Below, one piece after another: positions 18,130 through 26,467 of a DNA stretch of 45,381 nucleotides. The DNA is from Candidatus Saccharimonadota bacterium (GTDB lineage: Bacteria > Patescibacteriota > Saccharimonadia > Saccharimonadales > Saccharimonadaceae). Within the stretch, counting starts at the first letter, position 1; the number at the start of each line of letters is the position of its first letter. The notes under the pieces were generated by a model. It was given only the letters and a program-made list of their open reading frames with translations, made no database searches and was not told where the DNA came from. The position numbers and the translations under genes were made by a program. Where the stretch lies: the NCBI GenBank assembly GCA_013332965.2, contig JABCPR020000048.1:1-45381 (forward strand), given 5' to 3'.

Positions 18130-19362
18130 ATGAATGCCCAGTCGCCTCATTTTATGTTAGGAATCGATGTCGGCACGCAATACATTCGTGCGGTGGCACT
18201 TTCTGAGTACTTAGGTGAAATCTCAGTGATTGCAAATGCTGAGGTGAGAAATAATGGTGGTATGAGTAAGGGGGTTATCACAAATTTGAGTGGACCGGTG
18301 CCGGCTTTACAGAGAGCGATGCTTGAAATAGACAAAATTAGTGGTAAATCTCTTGATAATGCTTATACTTCGATAAATGGTTCGCATGTTGGTGCGGTAA
18401 AAACTCAAGGGATGATTTCGATTATGGGGGGAGAGGTGATTTCGAATAATGATTTAGGCAGGATTCGTGAAATTTCACTTGCTGGTGTGATTCCAAATAA
18501 CAGGGAAGCGTTGGCGATTATTCCACTGAATTATACCGTTGATGGTCAATCTGGGATTCGCGATCCACTTGGGATGAATGGAATGAAGCTTGAGATGCAA
18601 GCAAGTGTGGTTTCTGCGTTAACTCCTTCTTGTGTGAATTTAAGAAAACTAACAGGTGAAGCGGGGATTGAAACTGACAGGATTGTACCAACTGCAATGG
18701 CAGCAGCACGACTAGTGTTGACCGAACAGCAGAAGGAGAATGGCGTGGCATTGGTTGATTTTGGGGCCTCGACGACTAGTGTTGCGGTATTTATGGACGG
18801 ATTTTTACAGCATTATGAAGTATTAAATGCGGGTGCAAATAATATTACAAATGATTTAGCTATTGGCTTAGCAGTGAATCCTTCGATCGCGGAGGAGATA
18901 AAATTACGCTACGTATCGGCGGATTTTCCAGAGAGCGATCGTCAAATAACGACTAAGATTGCCGATGAAACAATAAGTTTTACGAAAGATGAAGTGAATC
19001 AAATCGTGAGAGAGCGGCTGATTGACATTTTTGAGCGAGTTGAAAAGATTTTAAAAGCAGCTGGATATGCACAGAAATTGCCTGAGGGATTAGTAATTGT
19101 TGGCGGTGGCGCAATGATGCGAAATTTGGATAAATTTGTAAAAGATTTACTCGGAATGGCCGTAAGGATTGGAACTTCTGAGGTGAAGTTAAGTGGAGTC
19201 TATGACTTAGTAGATAATCCAAAGTATGCAACGGCAGTAGGTTTAGCACTAATGATGATGGATGACGGAATGATGCTCGGGGAAACTGGTCATGAGTCTG
19301 AGGGCGGTGGATTCTTTTCAATCTTCAATATTTTTAGAAAAAATAAATCTTTTCTCAAATAA
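18130..19362 (+). CDS. ftsA: Cell division protein FtsA
   Basis: GIDVGT, DPLGM, VDFGASTT, ITNDLA and GGGA motifs; precedes ftsZ. Confidence 0.92.
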   Translation: MNAQSPHFMLGIDVGTQYIRAVALSEYLGEISVIANAEVRNNGGMSKGVITNLSGPVPALQRAMLEIDKISGKSLDNAYTSINGSHVGAVKTQGMISIMGGEVISNNDLGRIREISLAGVIPNNREALAIIPLNYTVDGQSGIRDPLGMNGMKLEMQASVVSALTPSCVNLRKLTGEAGIETDRIVPTAMAAARLVLTEQQKENGVALVDFGASTTSVAVFMDGFLQHYEVLNAGANNITNDLAIGLAVNPSIAEEIKLRYVSADFPESDRQITTKIADETISFTKDEVNQIVRERLIDIFERVEKILKAAGYAQKLPEGLVIVGGGAMMRNLDKFVKDLLGMAVRIGTSEVKLSGVYDLVDNPKYATAVGLALMMMDDGMMLGETGHESEGGGFFSIFNIFRKNKSFLK

Positions 19363-19429
19363 ATACTTAACTAGATCTAAAAATGTGCTAAACTAGAATT
19401 AGTTATTTGTTAGATAGTGAGGAAAAAAG

Positions 19430-20632
19430 ATGCCTGAAATAAAACCGACAGAGGTGGAGACAAAAGCAAGCATTAAAGTTGTGGGGGTTGGGGGTGCCGG
19501 TGGATCTGCAGTGAACCGTATGAAAGAGGTTGGTCTTTCTGGTGTGGAATTTATTGCAATCAATACCGATGCACAAGCATTACACCACTCAAATGCTGAT
19601 ACAAAAGTACATATTGGTAAGGGGTTGGGTGCTGGTGGTGATCCTGAGAAGGGTCAGTCTGCTGCTGAAGAAAGCCGCGAGAATATCAAGGAGTCACTCA
19701 AGGGTGCCGATATGGTCTTTATTACTCTTGGTGCTGGTGGTGGAACTGGTTCAGGTGCTGGTCCAATCGTAGCTAAGGAAGCAAAAGATCAGGGTATTTT
19801 AACCGTTGGTGTAGTAACTCGCCCATTTACTTTTGAGGGTGCACAAAGGAAACGTAACGCCGATAAGGCTATTGATGAGATGACTGGTGCGGTGGATGCT
19901 TTAATTACGATTCCTAACGACCGTTTGCTTCAGACGATCGATCCAAGAACTCCACTTCTTGAGACTTTCAAGATTGCTGATGATGTCCTTCGTCAGGGTG
20001 TTCAGGGTATCTCTGAGTTAATTACTGAACATGCATTGATTAACCTCGACTTTGCCGACGTGAAAGCAATTATGAAAGATGCTGGCTCTGCTCTTATGGG
20101 TATTGGTCGTGCTTCTGGTGAAAATCGTGCAAAATTGGCTGCACAACAGGCTATCGAGTCTCCACTTATTGAAGTTAAGATTGATGGGGCTCGCGGTGTA
20201 CTCTTCTCAGTGGCTGGTGGATATGATATGTCTATGTCTGAAATCCAGGAAGCTGCCGAAGAGATTACTGGTGCAGTTTCTCCAGATGCTAACATTATCT
20301 TTGGTGCCTCAATTCGCCCAGAGCTTCAGGATGAGATTGTAATCACCGTGGTTGCAACTGGATTTGACTCTGATGTTTACCGCAAGAAACGCGCAGAAGA
20401 GGAAGAGCAGAAACGAACCGACGAGGCCTTGTCTCGTGTTGAAAGCTTAAGAAACCAACAAGTTGTTGAGAATGTGCCAAGCTTTACACAGAATGTAAAC
20501 GAACAGACAACGGCAGAGGAATTTGCAGCTGCGCCAAAGGAAAACATTTGGGATAGGATTGGCAAGCAAGACGATGAAGAGGATCTTGAAGTTCCGCCTT
20601 CATTAAGAGCTAAACTACGCGGGAAGAAATAA
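19430..20632 (+). CDS. ftsZ: Cell division protein FtsZ
   Basis: GGGTGSG tubulin signature, [15 protein letters not shown] and C-terminal EVPPSLR. Confidence 0.98.
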   Translation: MPEIKPTEVETKASIKVVGVGGAGGSAVNRMKEVGLSGVEFIAINTDAQALHHSNADTKVHIGKGLGAGGDPEKGQSAAEESRENIKESLKGADMVFITLGAGGGTGSGAGPIVAKEAKDQGILTVGVVTRPFTFEGAQRKRNADKAIDEMTGAVDALITIPNDRLLQTIDPRTPLLETFKIADDVLRQGVQGISELITEHALINLDFADVKAIMKDAGSALMGIGRASGENRAKLAAQQAIESPLIEVKIDGARGVLFSVAGGYDMSMSEIQEAAEEITGAVSPDANIIFGASIRPELQDEIVITVVATGFDSDVYRKKRAEEEEQKRTDEALSRVESLRNQQVVENVPSFTQNVNEQTTAEEFAAAPKENIWDRIGKQDDEEDLEVPPSLRAKLRGKK

Positions 20633-20703
20633 GAAATATGGTCGGAGTAATCTGACCATATCTATTTAAGACTGACGGTGATATAAAACTGGTGGAGGTA
20701 AAA

Positions 20704-21159
20704 ATGCAAGTTGGTGTAAAAATTGGAGATAGTAAAGTACTTGAAAGTCGCGAGACTCCAGACGGCCTAATGATACGACGTCGTCGAGTCACAGCAGACG
20801 GCCGTCGTTTTACTACCTACGAGCGTATTGAGATGCCACCACTTTCCGTAATGAAACGAAGCGGCAATCGAGAGCCATTTGATCGAGATAAGCTGCACAC
20901 GGCAGTAAATCGTAGTGTGGGAAAATTTTTCCAATCAGAGCTTGAGATTGAAGATGTAGTGAATAAGGTAGTTGAAAAAGTCTATTCTTTGGGGCGAGAT
21001 GTGGTTTATTCAAAAGAAATTGGACAGGCAATTCTCGATGTTTTAGCAAAAACAAATGAAGTGGCCTATGTACGTTTTGCGAGTGTGTTTCTGCAGTTTA
21101 AAACCCTAGATGAATTTGAGCGAATCATTAGACAGCAAAGAGAAAAACGGGAGGATTAA
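20704..21159 (+). CDS. nrdR: Transcriptional repressor NrdR, lacking the zinc-ribbon cysteines
   Basis: SKVLESR...IRRRR...RFTTYER, ATP-cone KRSG.REPFDR.K and VAYVRFASV; GGAGG RBS before ATG 20704. Confidence 0.9.
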   Translation: MQVGVKIGDSKVLESRETPDGLMIRRRRVTADGRRFTTYERIEMPPLSVMKRSGNREPFDRDKLHTAVNRSVGKFFQSELEIEDVVNKVVEKVYSLGRDVVYSKEIGQAILDVLAKTNEVAYVRFASVFLQFKTLDEFERIIRQQREKRED

Positions 21160-21425
21160 TGAGAATTGTAGTTGTAGTTAAGAGACAATCAGAGTATTTT
21201 CGAGAGGCAGATGAGTGGCGAGTGGAATTTAGCCGAGAGACTGGCCAGACGGTGGAAATAGTAGATCCTGAAACGATTGAAGGTGAGATCTTTGCATCAG
21301 CAAGAGATATTATGCAATATCCGTGTGTTGTGGTACTCGGAGCTGGGGGTGAAGTGGTCAAAAAATGGAGCGGTTCACCTTTGCCACAATTTGATCAAGT
21401 GAGTTACGTGTTACGTAGCGTGTAA
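21159..21425 (+). CDS. Small hypothetical protein, possibly thioredoxin-like fold
   Basis: Coupled to nrdR by TAATG overlap; DIMQYP..V...G....W.G..P pattern. Confidence 0.65.
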   Translation: MRIVVVVKRQSEYFREADEWRVEFSRETGQTVEIVDPETIEGEIFASARDIMQYPCVVVLGAGGEVVKKWSGSPLPQFDQVSYVLRSV

Positions 21426-21446
21426 AAGTATTGTATAATAGAGGGG

Positions 21447-22148
21447 ATGGAAACCAGGGAGAAAGCTCTAATGTTTTTTTTGGAGGCGAGAAATTGGCCT
21501 GGTTTTTCTGTGTCTTGGGAAAAACATTCAAGGAATGTGGCGAAGATCGCGGAGGCGGTGGCCATGGCGGTAAATAAATATCAGGAAGAATATCTGAAAT
21601 TACCTAGTGAAATTAACGTGGATGAGGCTTATGCGGCAGGACTTTTGCATGATATTGGCCGAACTTTGGAAGAAAATCCAGGACTTAGGCACCCAATTAT
21701 CGGATATGAATTTTTAAAGAGTGTGGGGCTGGAGATTCCAGCACAGATTTCGATGACTCATACTTATTATGATTATCATAAAATTGATCGAACAGAGTTC
21801 TGGGAAGAGATAGATGAGGCGAGTACAAAATTTACTCAGGATTACATGCAAACTGCTGAACTCACCGATATTGATCTATTAATACAGCTTGCGGATAATA
21901 TGGGACATAATTCGGGGATTATGACGGTGTCGGATCGTTTTTGTGAGATTTTGAGTCGACACAGGATTCGTAGCGCAACAGATCATGTGCGGGCGCTATA
22001 TAACCTAAAGCAGTACTTTGATAAAAAAGCCGGAATAAATATATATGAATTATTCAGGGATGAGATTATACGAACAACGATGATAGAACCTAATGGAATC
22101 ATGAGAGAAAGACAACAAATTACCGACGAAACGGAGGAAAAATTATGA
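21447..22148 (+). CDS. HD-domain phosphohydrolase
   Basis: HSRNVA, GLLHDIGR, HP..G and LAD motifs. Confidence 0.85.
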   Translation: METREKALMFFLEARNWPGFSVSWEKHSRNVAKIAEAVAMAVNKYQEEYLKLPSEINVDEAYAAGLLHDIGRTLEENPGLRHPIIGYEFLKSVGLEIPAQISMTHTYYDYHKIDRTEFWEEIDEASTKFTQDYMQTAELTDIDLLIQLADNMGHNSGIMTVSDRFCEILSRHRIRSATDHVRALYNLKQYFDKKAGINIYELFRDEIIRTTMIEPNGIMRERQQITDETEEKL

Positions 22149-25054
22149 AATATCAAGCAAATACAAGACGAAGAGCGGGTGAATACGAGAAGGCAATCGT
22201 AGAATTTTGGAAGAAGAATCGAGTTTTTGAGAAGTCGATTGAGCAACGTGATATAAACAACTCATATGTTTTTTATGATGGACCTCCATTTATTACGGGT
22301 TTGCCACATCACGGTACTTTACTTTCTTCAATTGTAAAGGATGCAGTGCCTCGCTTTTGGACGATGCGTGGCAAGAGGATTGAACGTCGTTGGGGGGGGG
22401 ATTGTCATGGGTTGCCAGCAGAAAACTTTGTTGAGAAACAGTTAGGAATTCAGGACCGCCGCGAGATTGGTACAAAGTGGCCATTAGCGACCTATATTAC
22501 TAAGGCGCGTGAATCGATGGTTTCAAATTCTGAGGCTTGGGAGGGGGTGATTGAGCGTGTAGGTCGTTGGGTAGATTTTCGCGGGGCTTATCGTACGATG
22601 GATAAAAACTTCATGGAATCGGTTTGGTGGGCTTTTAAAACGCTCTATGAACAGGGAAAAATCTATGAAGGTCGTAAGGTCTTGATGTATGATACGAAAT
22701 TCTCAACACCGGTCTCAAAGATGGAAGTCAATATGGATAATGACGCCTATCAGACCGTGACTGATCCTTCGGCATATGTAAAGTTTGAAATTGTAAGTGA
22801 GGGGAAGCTGAAGGGGGTGAAGCTACTCGCCTGGACTACTACACCTTGGACTTTGCCAGCGAATTTATGTCTAGCAATCAATGAAGAGCTTGAGTACAAA
22901 ATGTACTCAGTAGGGGATGAAAAACTAATTTTAGCTTCCAGTTTGGCTGCAAAAGTATTGGGTGACACTCAAGAGTTGATGACGCTTTCTGGTAAAGATC
23001 TAGTTGGCTTAGAATATGAGCCTCTGATGCGTAACTTTGAGAAGTCTGAGTGTAAGAAAAATACATATAAGGGCGTGGCGGCAGATTTTGTTTCCAGCAC
23101 GGAAGGTACGGGAATCGTGCACATTGCTCCGGCTTATGGTGAAATGGACTATCAGTTGAGTTTGGATCAGGATATTGATTTTGTTGATTTACTAGACGAA
23201 AGCGGTTATTACTTAGAGAGTGCTAAAGAATGGTTGAATAACCTGGGGGTGCGTGATACTGATGAATCTGGAATTGAGATTTGGTCGGCTAATAAGTTTA
23301 TTGCTAAGATCCTAGAAGAGAAGGGTATTGTGTTTAAGATTGAGTATATTAAGCACGAATATCCATTTAACCCTCGTTCAAAACAGAGGATTATATATCG
23401 AGCTTTTCCTAGCTGGTTTTTTGCAGTTAAGGATATGAAGCCAAAGCTGATTGAGGAAAATGAGAATATTAACTGGTTCCCAGAATACCTAAAACATGGG
23501 CGATTCGAGAAAAATATAGAAGCAGCACCAGATTGGAATTTATCGCGTGATCGTTTTTGGGCGACTGCGATGCCGGTCTGGAAGGGCGATAAGGGTACAG
23601 TGAAGGTAGTTGGTTCCTACGATGAGTTGTATGAACTCTCAGGGGTGAGACTTGAGGATTACCATCGCCCTTGGGTGGATGAGATTGAGTTTGACGTTGA
23701 TGGTGAGCATTTTAAGCGAATTGATAAGGTGCTTGATTGTTGGTTTGAATCTGGCTCGATGCCATTTGCGCAATTGCATTACCCATTTGAAAATAAAGAG
23801 AAATTTGAGAAAAACTACCCAGCTGATTTTATTGTGGAATATGTGGGACAGGTGCGTGCTTGGTTCTACTATGTTCATGTAATTAATACCGCCTTGTTCG
23901 GTCATAATGCCTTTAAGAATGTAATTACGACGGGAACAGTAGCCGGGAATGATGGTCGCAAGATGTCGAAGTCACTGGGAAACTATACTGATCCGAATGA
24001 ATTGATGGATAAGTACTCGGCAGACGCTTTAAGATTCTTGATGCTTTCATCGCCAGTACTTGCCGGTGAGGATTTTGCTCTGATCGATAAGGATGTATCT
24101 GATGTAGCACGAAAACTGTCGATGATTTGGAATGTATATGATTTCTTTACAATGTATGCTTCGGTTGATGGTTTTGATTCAAATCAGGCAGTTAGTGTAT
24201 CAAAATTAGAGAATCCACTAGATATTTGGCTGGTTTCGAAGGTTTATGTGTTGCGGAACCAGATTACGGCTGGAATGGAAGAATATAATATTCCGGGGGC
24301 CTTATCTGAGGTATTGGCCTTTATTGATGATCATTCAAACTGGTTCGTTAGGAGATCAAGGAGGCGTTTCTGGAAGTCGGAAGACGATAATGACAAGAAT
24401 GCGGCCTATTCGACCCTGTATTATGTCTTGGTTTATTTAGCAAAAATCTTGGCACCATTTACGCCATTTCTTGCAGAAGAGTTATATCAGAAGATGACTG
24501 GAGCTGGAATTGATTCTAGTATGGTTGAATCTGTGCATCTACTGGATTGGCCAGAAGCGGGCGAAATTAATCTGGAAGTACTTGATAAGATGGCTCGTAC
24601 TCGCGAGATAATTACAGAAGGTTTGGCGCTAAGAATGCAGCGAAACGAATTTGAGGACCAGATTAAGGTCAGGCAGCCACTAGCTAAGTTTGTCTACAAG
24701 GGTGAAAGTCTTGGTGAATTTTATGAGAAGATTATCGCCGAGGAGGTGAACGTAAAGACGGTTGAAAATGGTGATGAGACGTGGCTTGATAAAACGTTGA
24801 CACCAGAGCTTCAGGCAGAAGGATTTGTGCGAGAACTAATTCGTTTTGTGCAGGCCGCTAGAAAGAAGGCTGGACTTGAGGTTGACGATAGAATTAAGCT
24901 ATCACTGAATATTGAAGTTGAGCCTGAGTGGCAAGAGACTCTGAAGAATGAAGTTCTAGCGGTTGAACTTGTTAAGGATGGGAACTTTGCCTATGACGAG
25001 ATCGTAAAAGTGAATGGGGAAAATGTGACGATCTCATTAGAGAAGGCTGCGTAG
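22145..25054 (+). CDS. ileS: Isoleucine-tRNA ligase, type 2
   Basis: YDGPPF..GLPHHG, WTTTPWTLP, KMSKS; type-2 C-terminus without the zinc finger. Confidence 0.95.
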   Translation: MKYQANTRRRAGEYEKAIVEFWKKNRVFEKSIEQRDINNSYVFYDGPPFITGLPHHGTLLSSIVKDAVPRFWTMRGKRIERRWGGDCHGLPAENFVEKQLGIQDRREIGTKWPLATYITKARESMVSNSEAWEGVIERVGRWVDFRGAYRTMDKNFMESVWWAFKTLYEQGKIYEGRKVLMYDTKFSTPVSKMEVNMDNDAYQTVTDPSAYVKFEIVSEGKLKGVKLLAWTTTPWTLPANLCLAINEELEYKMYSVGDEKLILASSLAAKVLGDTQELMTLSGKDLVGLEYEPLMRNFEKSECKKNTYKGVAADFVSSTEGTGIVHIAPAYGEMDYQLSLDQDIDFVDLLDESGYYLESAKEWLNNLGVRDTDESGIEIWSANKFIAKILEEKGIVFKIEYIKHEYPFNPRSKQRIIYRAFPSWFFAVKDMKPKLIEENENINWFPEYLKHGRFEKNIEAAPDWNLSRDRFWATAMPVWKGDKGTVKVVGSYDELYELSGVRLEDYHRPWVDEIEFDVDGEHFKRIDKVLDCWFESGSMPFAQLHYPFENKEKFEKNYPADFIVEYVGQVRAWFYYVHVINTALFGHNAFKNVITTGTVAGNDGRKMSKSLGNYTDPNELMDKYSADALRFLMLSSPVLAGEDFALIDKDVSDVARKLSMIWNVYDFFTMYASVDGFDSNQAVSVSKLENPLDIWLVSKVYVLRNQITAGMEEYNIPGALSEVLAFIDDHSNWFVRRSRRRFWKSEDDNDKNAAYSTLYYVLVYLAKILAPFTPFLAEELYQKMTGAGIDSSMVESVHLLDWPEAGEINLEVLDKMARTREIITEGLALRMQRNEFEDQIKVRQPLAKFVYKGESLGEFYEKIIAEEVNVKTVENGDETWLDKTLTPELQAEGFVRELIRFVQAARKKAGLEVDDRIKLSLNIEVEPEWQETLKNEVLAVELVKDGNFAYDEIVKVNGENVTISLEKAA

Positions 25055-25103
25055 AGATCTTAAAATATTGCGCGTGATAGGGTAAGGACTAAACCTAAAA
25101 GAT

Positions 25104-25133
25104 AAAAAGAAGCCGGATCCAGGCTTCTTTTTT
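25104..25133 (+). terminator. Intrinsic terminator after ileS
   Basis: AAAAAGAAGCC-GGATCCA-GGCTTCTTTTTT. Confidence 0.85.
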
Positions 25134-25214
25134 ATGTGTCGATGTGGACGGCAAGCATGTTGATGTAAATGGCAAGTATATTTGACAAATAGCAAAATAT
25201 GGAGGTTTTATGTG

Positions 25215-25243
25215 TTGACAAATTAGCATAAACATGATAGTAT
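25215..25243 (+). promoter_or_regulatory. sigma70 promoter with no gene immediately downstream
   Basis: TTGACA-17 nt-TAGTAT with TGn. Confidence 0.6.
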
Positions 25244-25684
25244 TTTAACTAGTTAGATAATAAATAAAAACAAAAAGCAAAAAATAAATAAATCTAACAG
25301 ATAGGAGCGGCGGGGAAGATAAAGAAGGGGGACGAATGGGGGTAAACTAGATTTCAATTTTAATAATGGAAGGATAGAGCCAATGTAGTGAGGTAAGTAG
25401 CTTATTATAATTGAATAAACGGAGAGGATCTACATAAGATAAAAGAAAAAATAAAATTATAACGAAAGGAGCGCGCCTAAAGAATAAGAAATAGACTAAG
25501 TAGCGAAAGGAGATAAAAATAGGAAGAAGCTGATTCCAGTCGACCATTAATAAACAAGAACTGGAGACAGCAAGCATTAAATTAAATTAGAAAAATTAAA
25601 TAAATTATTCACTAGTATTTTAAAAATATGCTACAATGAATAAAAGCCAATAAAAATAAATATAATATAAAAAAAGGGGAAAAT

Positions 25685-25801
25685 ATGACGTTTGAATTTT
25701 TCAACGACGAATCTGGATATACTTTAAAGAAAACTGTTAGTGCTGAGGCACAGGCAAAAATAGTCGCAAGACTTGGACGTGCAACTTTAAAGCTTGCATA
25801 A
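25685..25801 (+). CDS. 38-aa small protein MTFEFFNDESGYTLKKTVSAEAQAKIVARLGRATLKLA
   Basis: TGCTACAAT extended -10, AAGGGGA RBS, and a terminator directly after the stop. Confidence 0.65.
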   Translation: MTFEFFNDESGYTLKKTVSAEAQAKIVARLGRATLKLA

Positions 25802-25816
25802 CTAAAATATTTAATT

Positions 25817-25849
25817 AAATAGCATCTCGACAGAGGTGCTATTTTTTTT
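25817..25849 (+). terminator. Intrinsic terminator
   Basis: AAATAGCATCTC-GACA-GAGGTGCTATTTTTTTT. Confidence 0.85.
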
Positions 25850-26079
25850 GTATAAAATAATTATTCAGGATAATTTTAGAGTAGCTGTGTTGGTTTGTGA
25901 CTATATAAAAAATGTATTCAGATTTTACATTTTTGGTGTACAAATGTTGCCTGAACTGAGAAGGAATTACTGTATAAAAATTTAAATAAAATGATTGACT
26001 ATTTTTACCACTAGCGATATTATGGGGGCATAAAAGTCATATTTTTAACACAAACAATAACGGAAGGATCTTTGTCATT

Positions 26080-26466
26080 ATGATGGAAGATAAAACACAG
26101 AATCCTGACCTAACTTCATTAGGTGAAGCCCTAGATGAAGCTAGTCTTGCAGGAATGTCGCAAGATCAATTAATTGGTCTATTTGTTGACGAATTAATTA
26201 ACGAGAAAGGAGTTGAGGCTTCTGAACTTGAAAGAGATAGAATCGCAGAAAGACTTAAGGATGCGGTTATGACAGAGATTTTGATGAATATGCCGGATTA
26301 TCTTGTAAACAGGATTAATGAGAGCTTTGATAATGGTACTGCGTCAGATGCTTTATTTGATGAGGCGGTTGAAGAATCTGGAATCGATGCAAATAAGATT
26401 GCAGAAAAAGTTATGATTAAGTTTAGGGATGATTATTTAAACGGTAAAATTGGAGAGGAAAAATAA
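26080..26466 (+). CDS. Acidic helical hypothetical protein (possibly DUF5663-related)
   Basis: 128-aa ORF; promoter TTGACT-17-TATTAT at 25995-26023. Confidence 0.75.
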   Translation: MMEDKTQNPDLTSLGEALDEASLAGMSQDQLIGLFVDELINEKGVEASELERDRIAERLKDAVMTEILMNMPDYLVNRINESFDNGTASDALFDEAVEESGIDANKIAEKVMIKFRDDYLNGKIGEEK

Positions 26467-26467
26467 T

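Noticed and set aside
25347..25577. 76-aa hydrophobic minus-strand ORF
   Set aside because: The F/L/I bias simply mirrors the A-rich + strand; no RBS or promoter seen.
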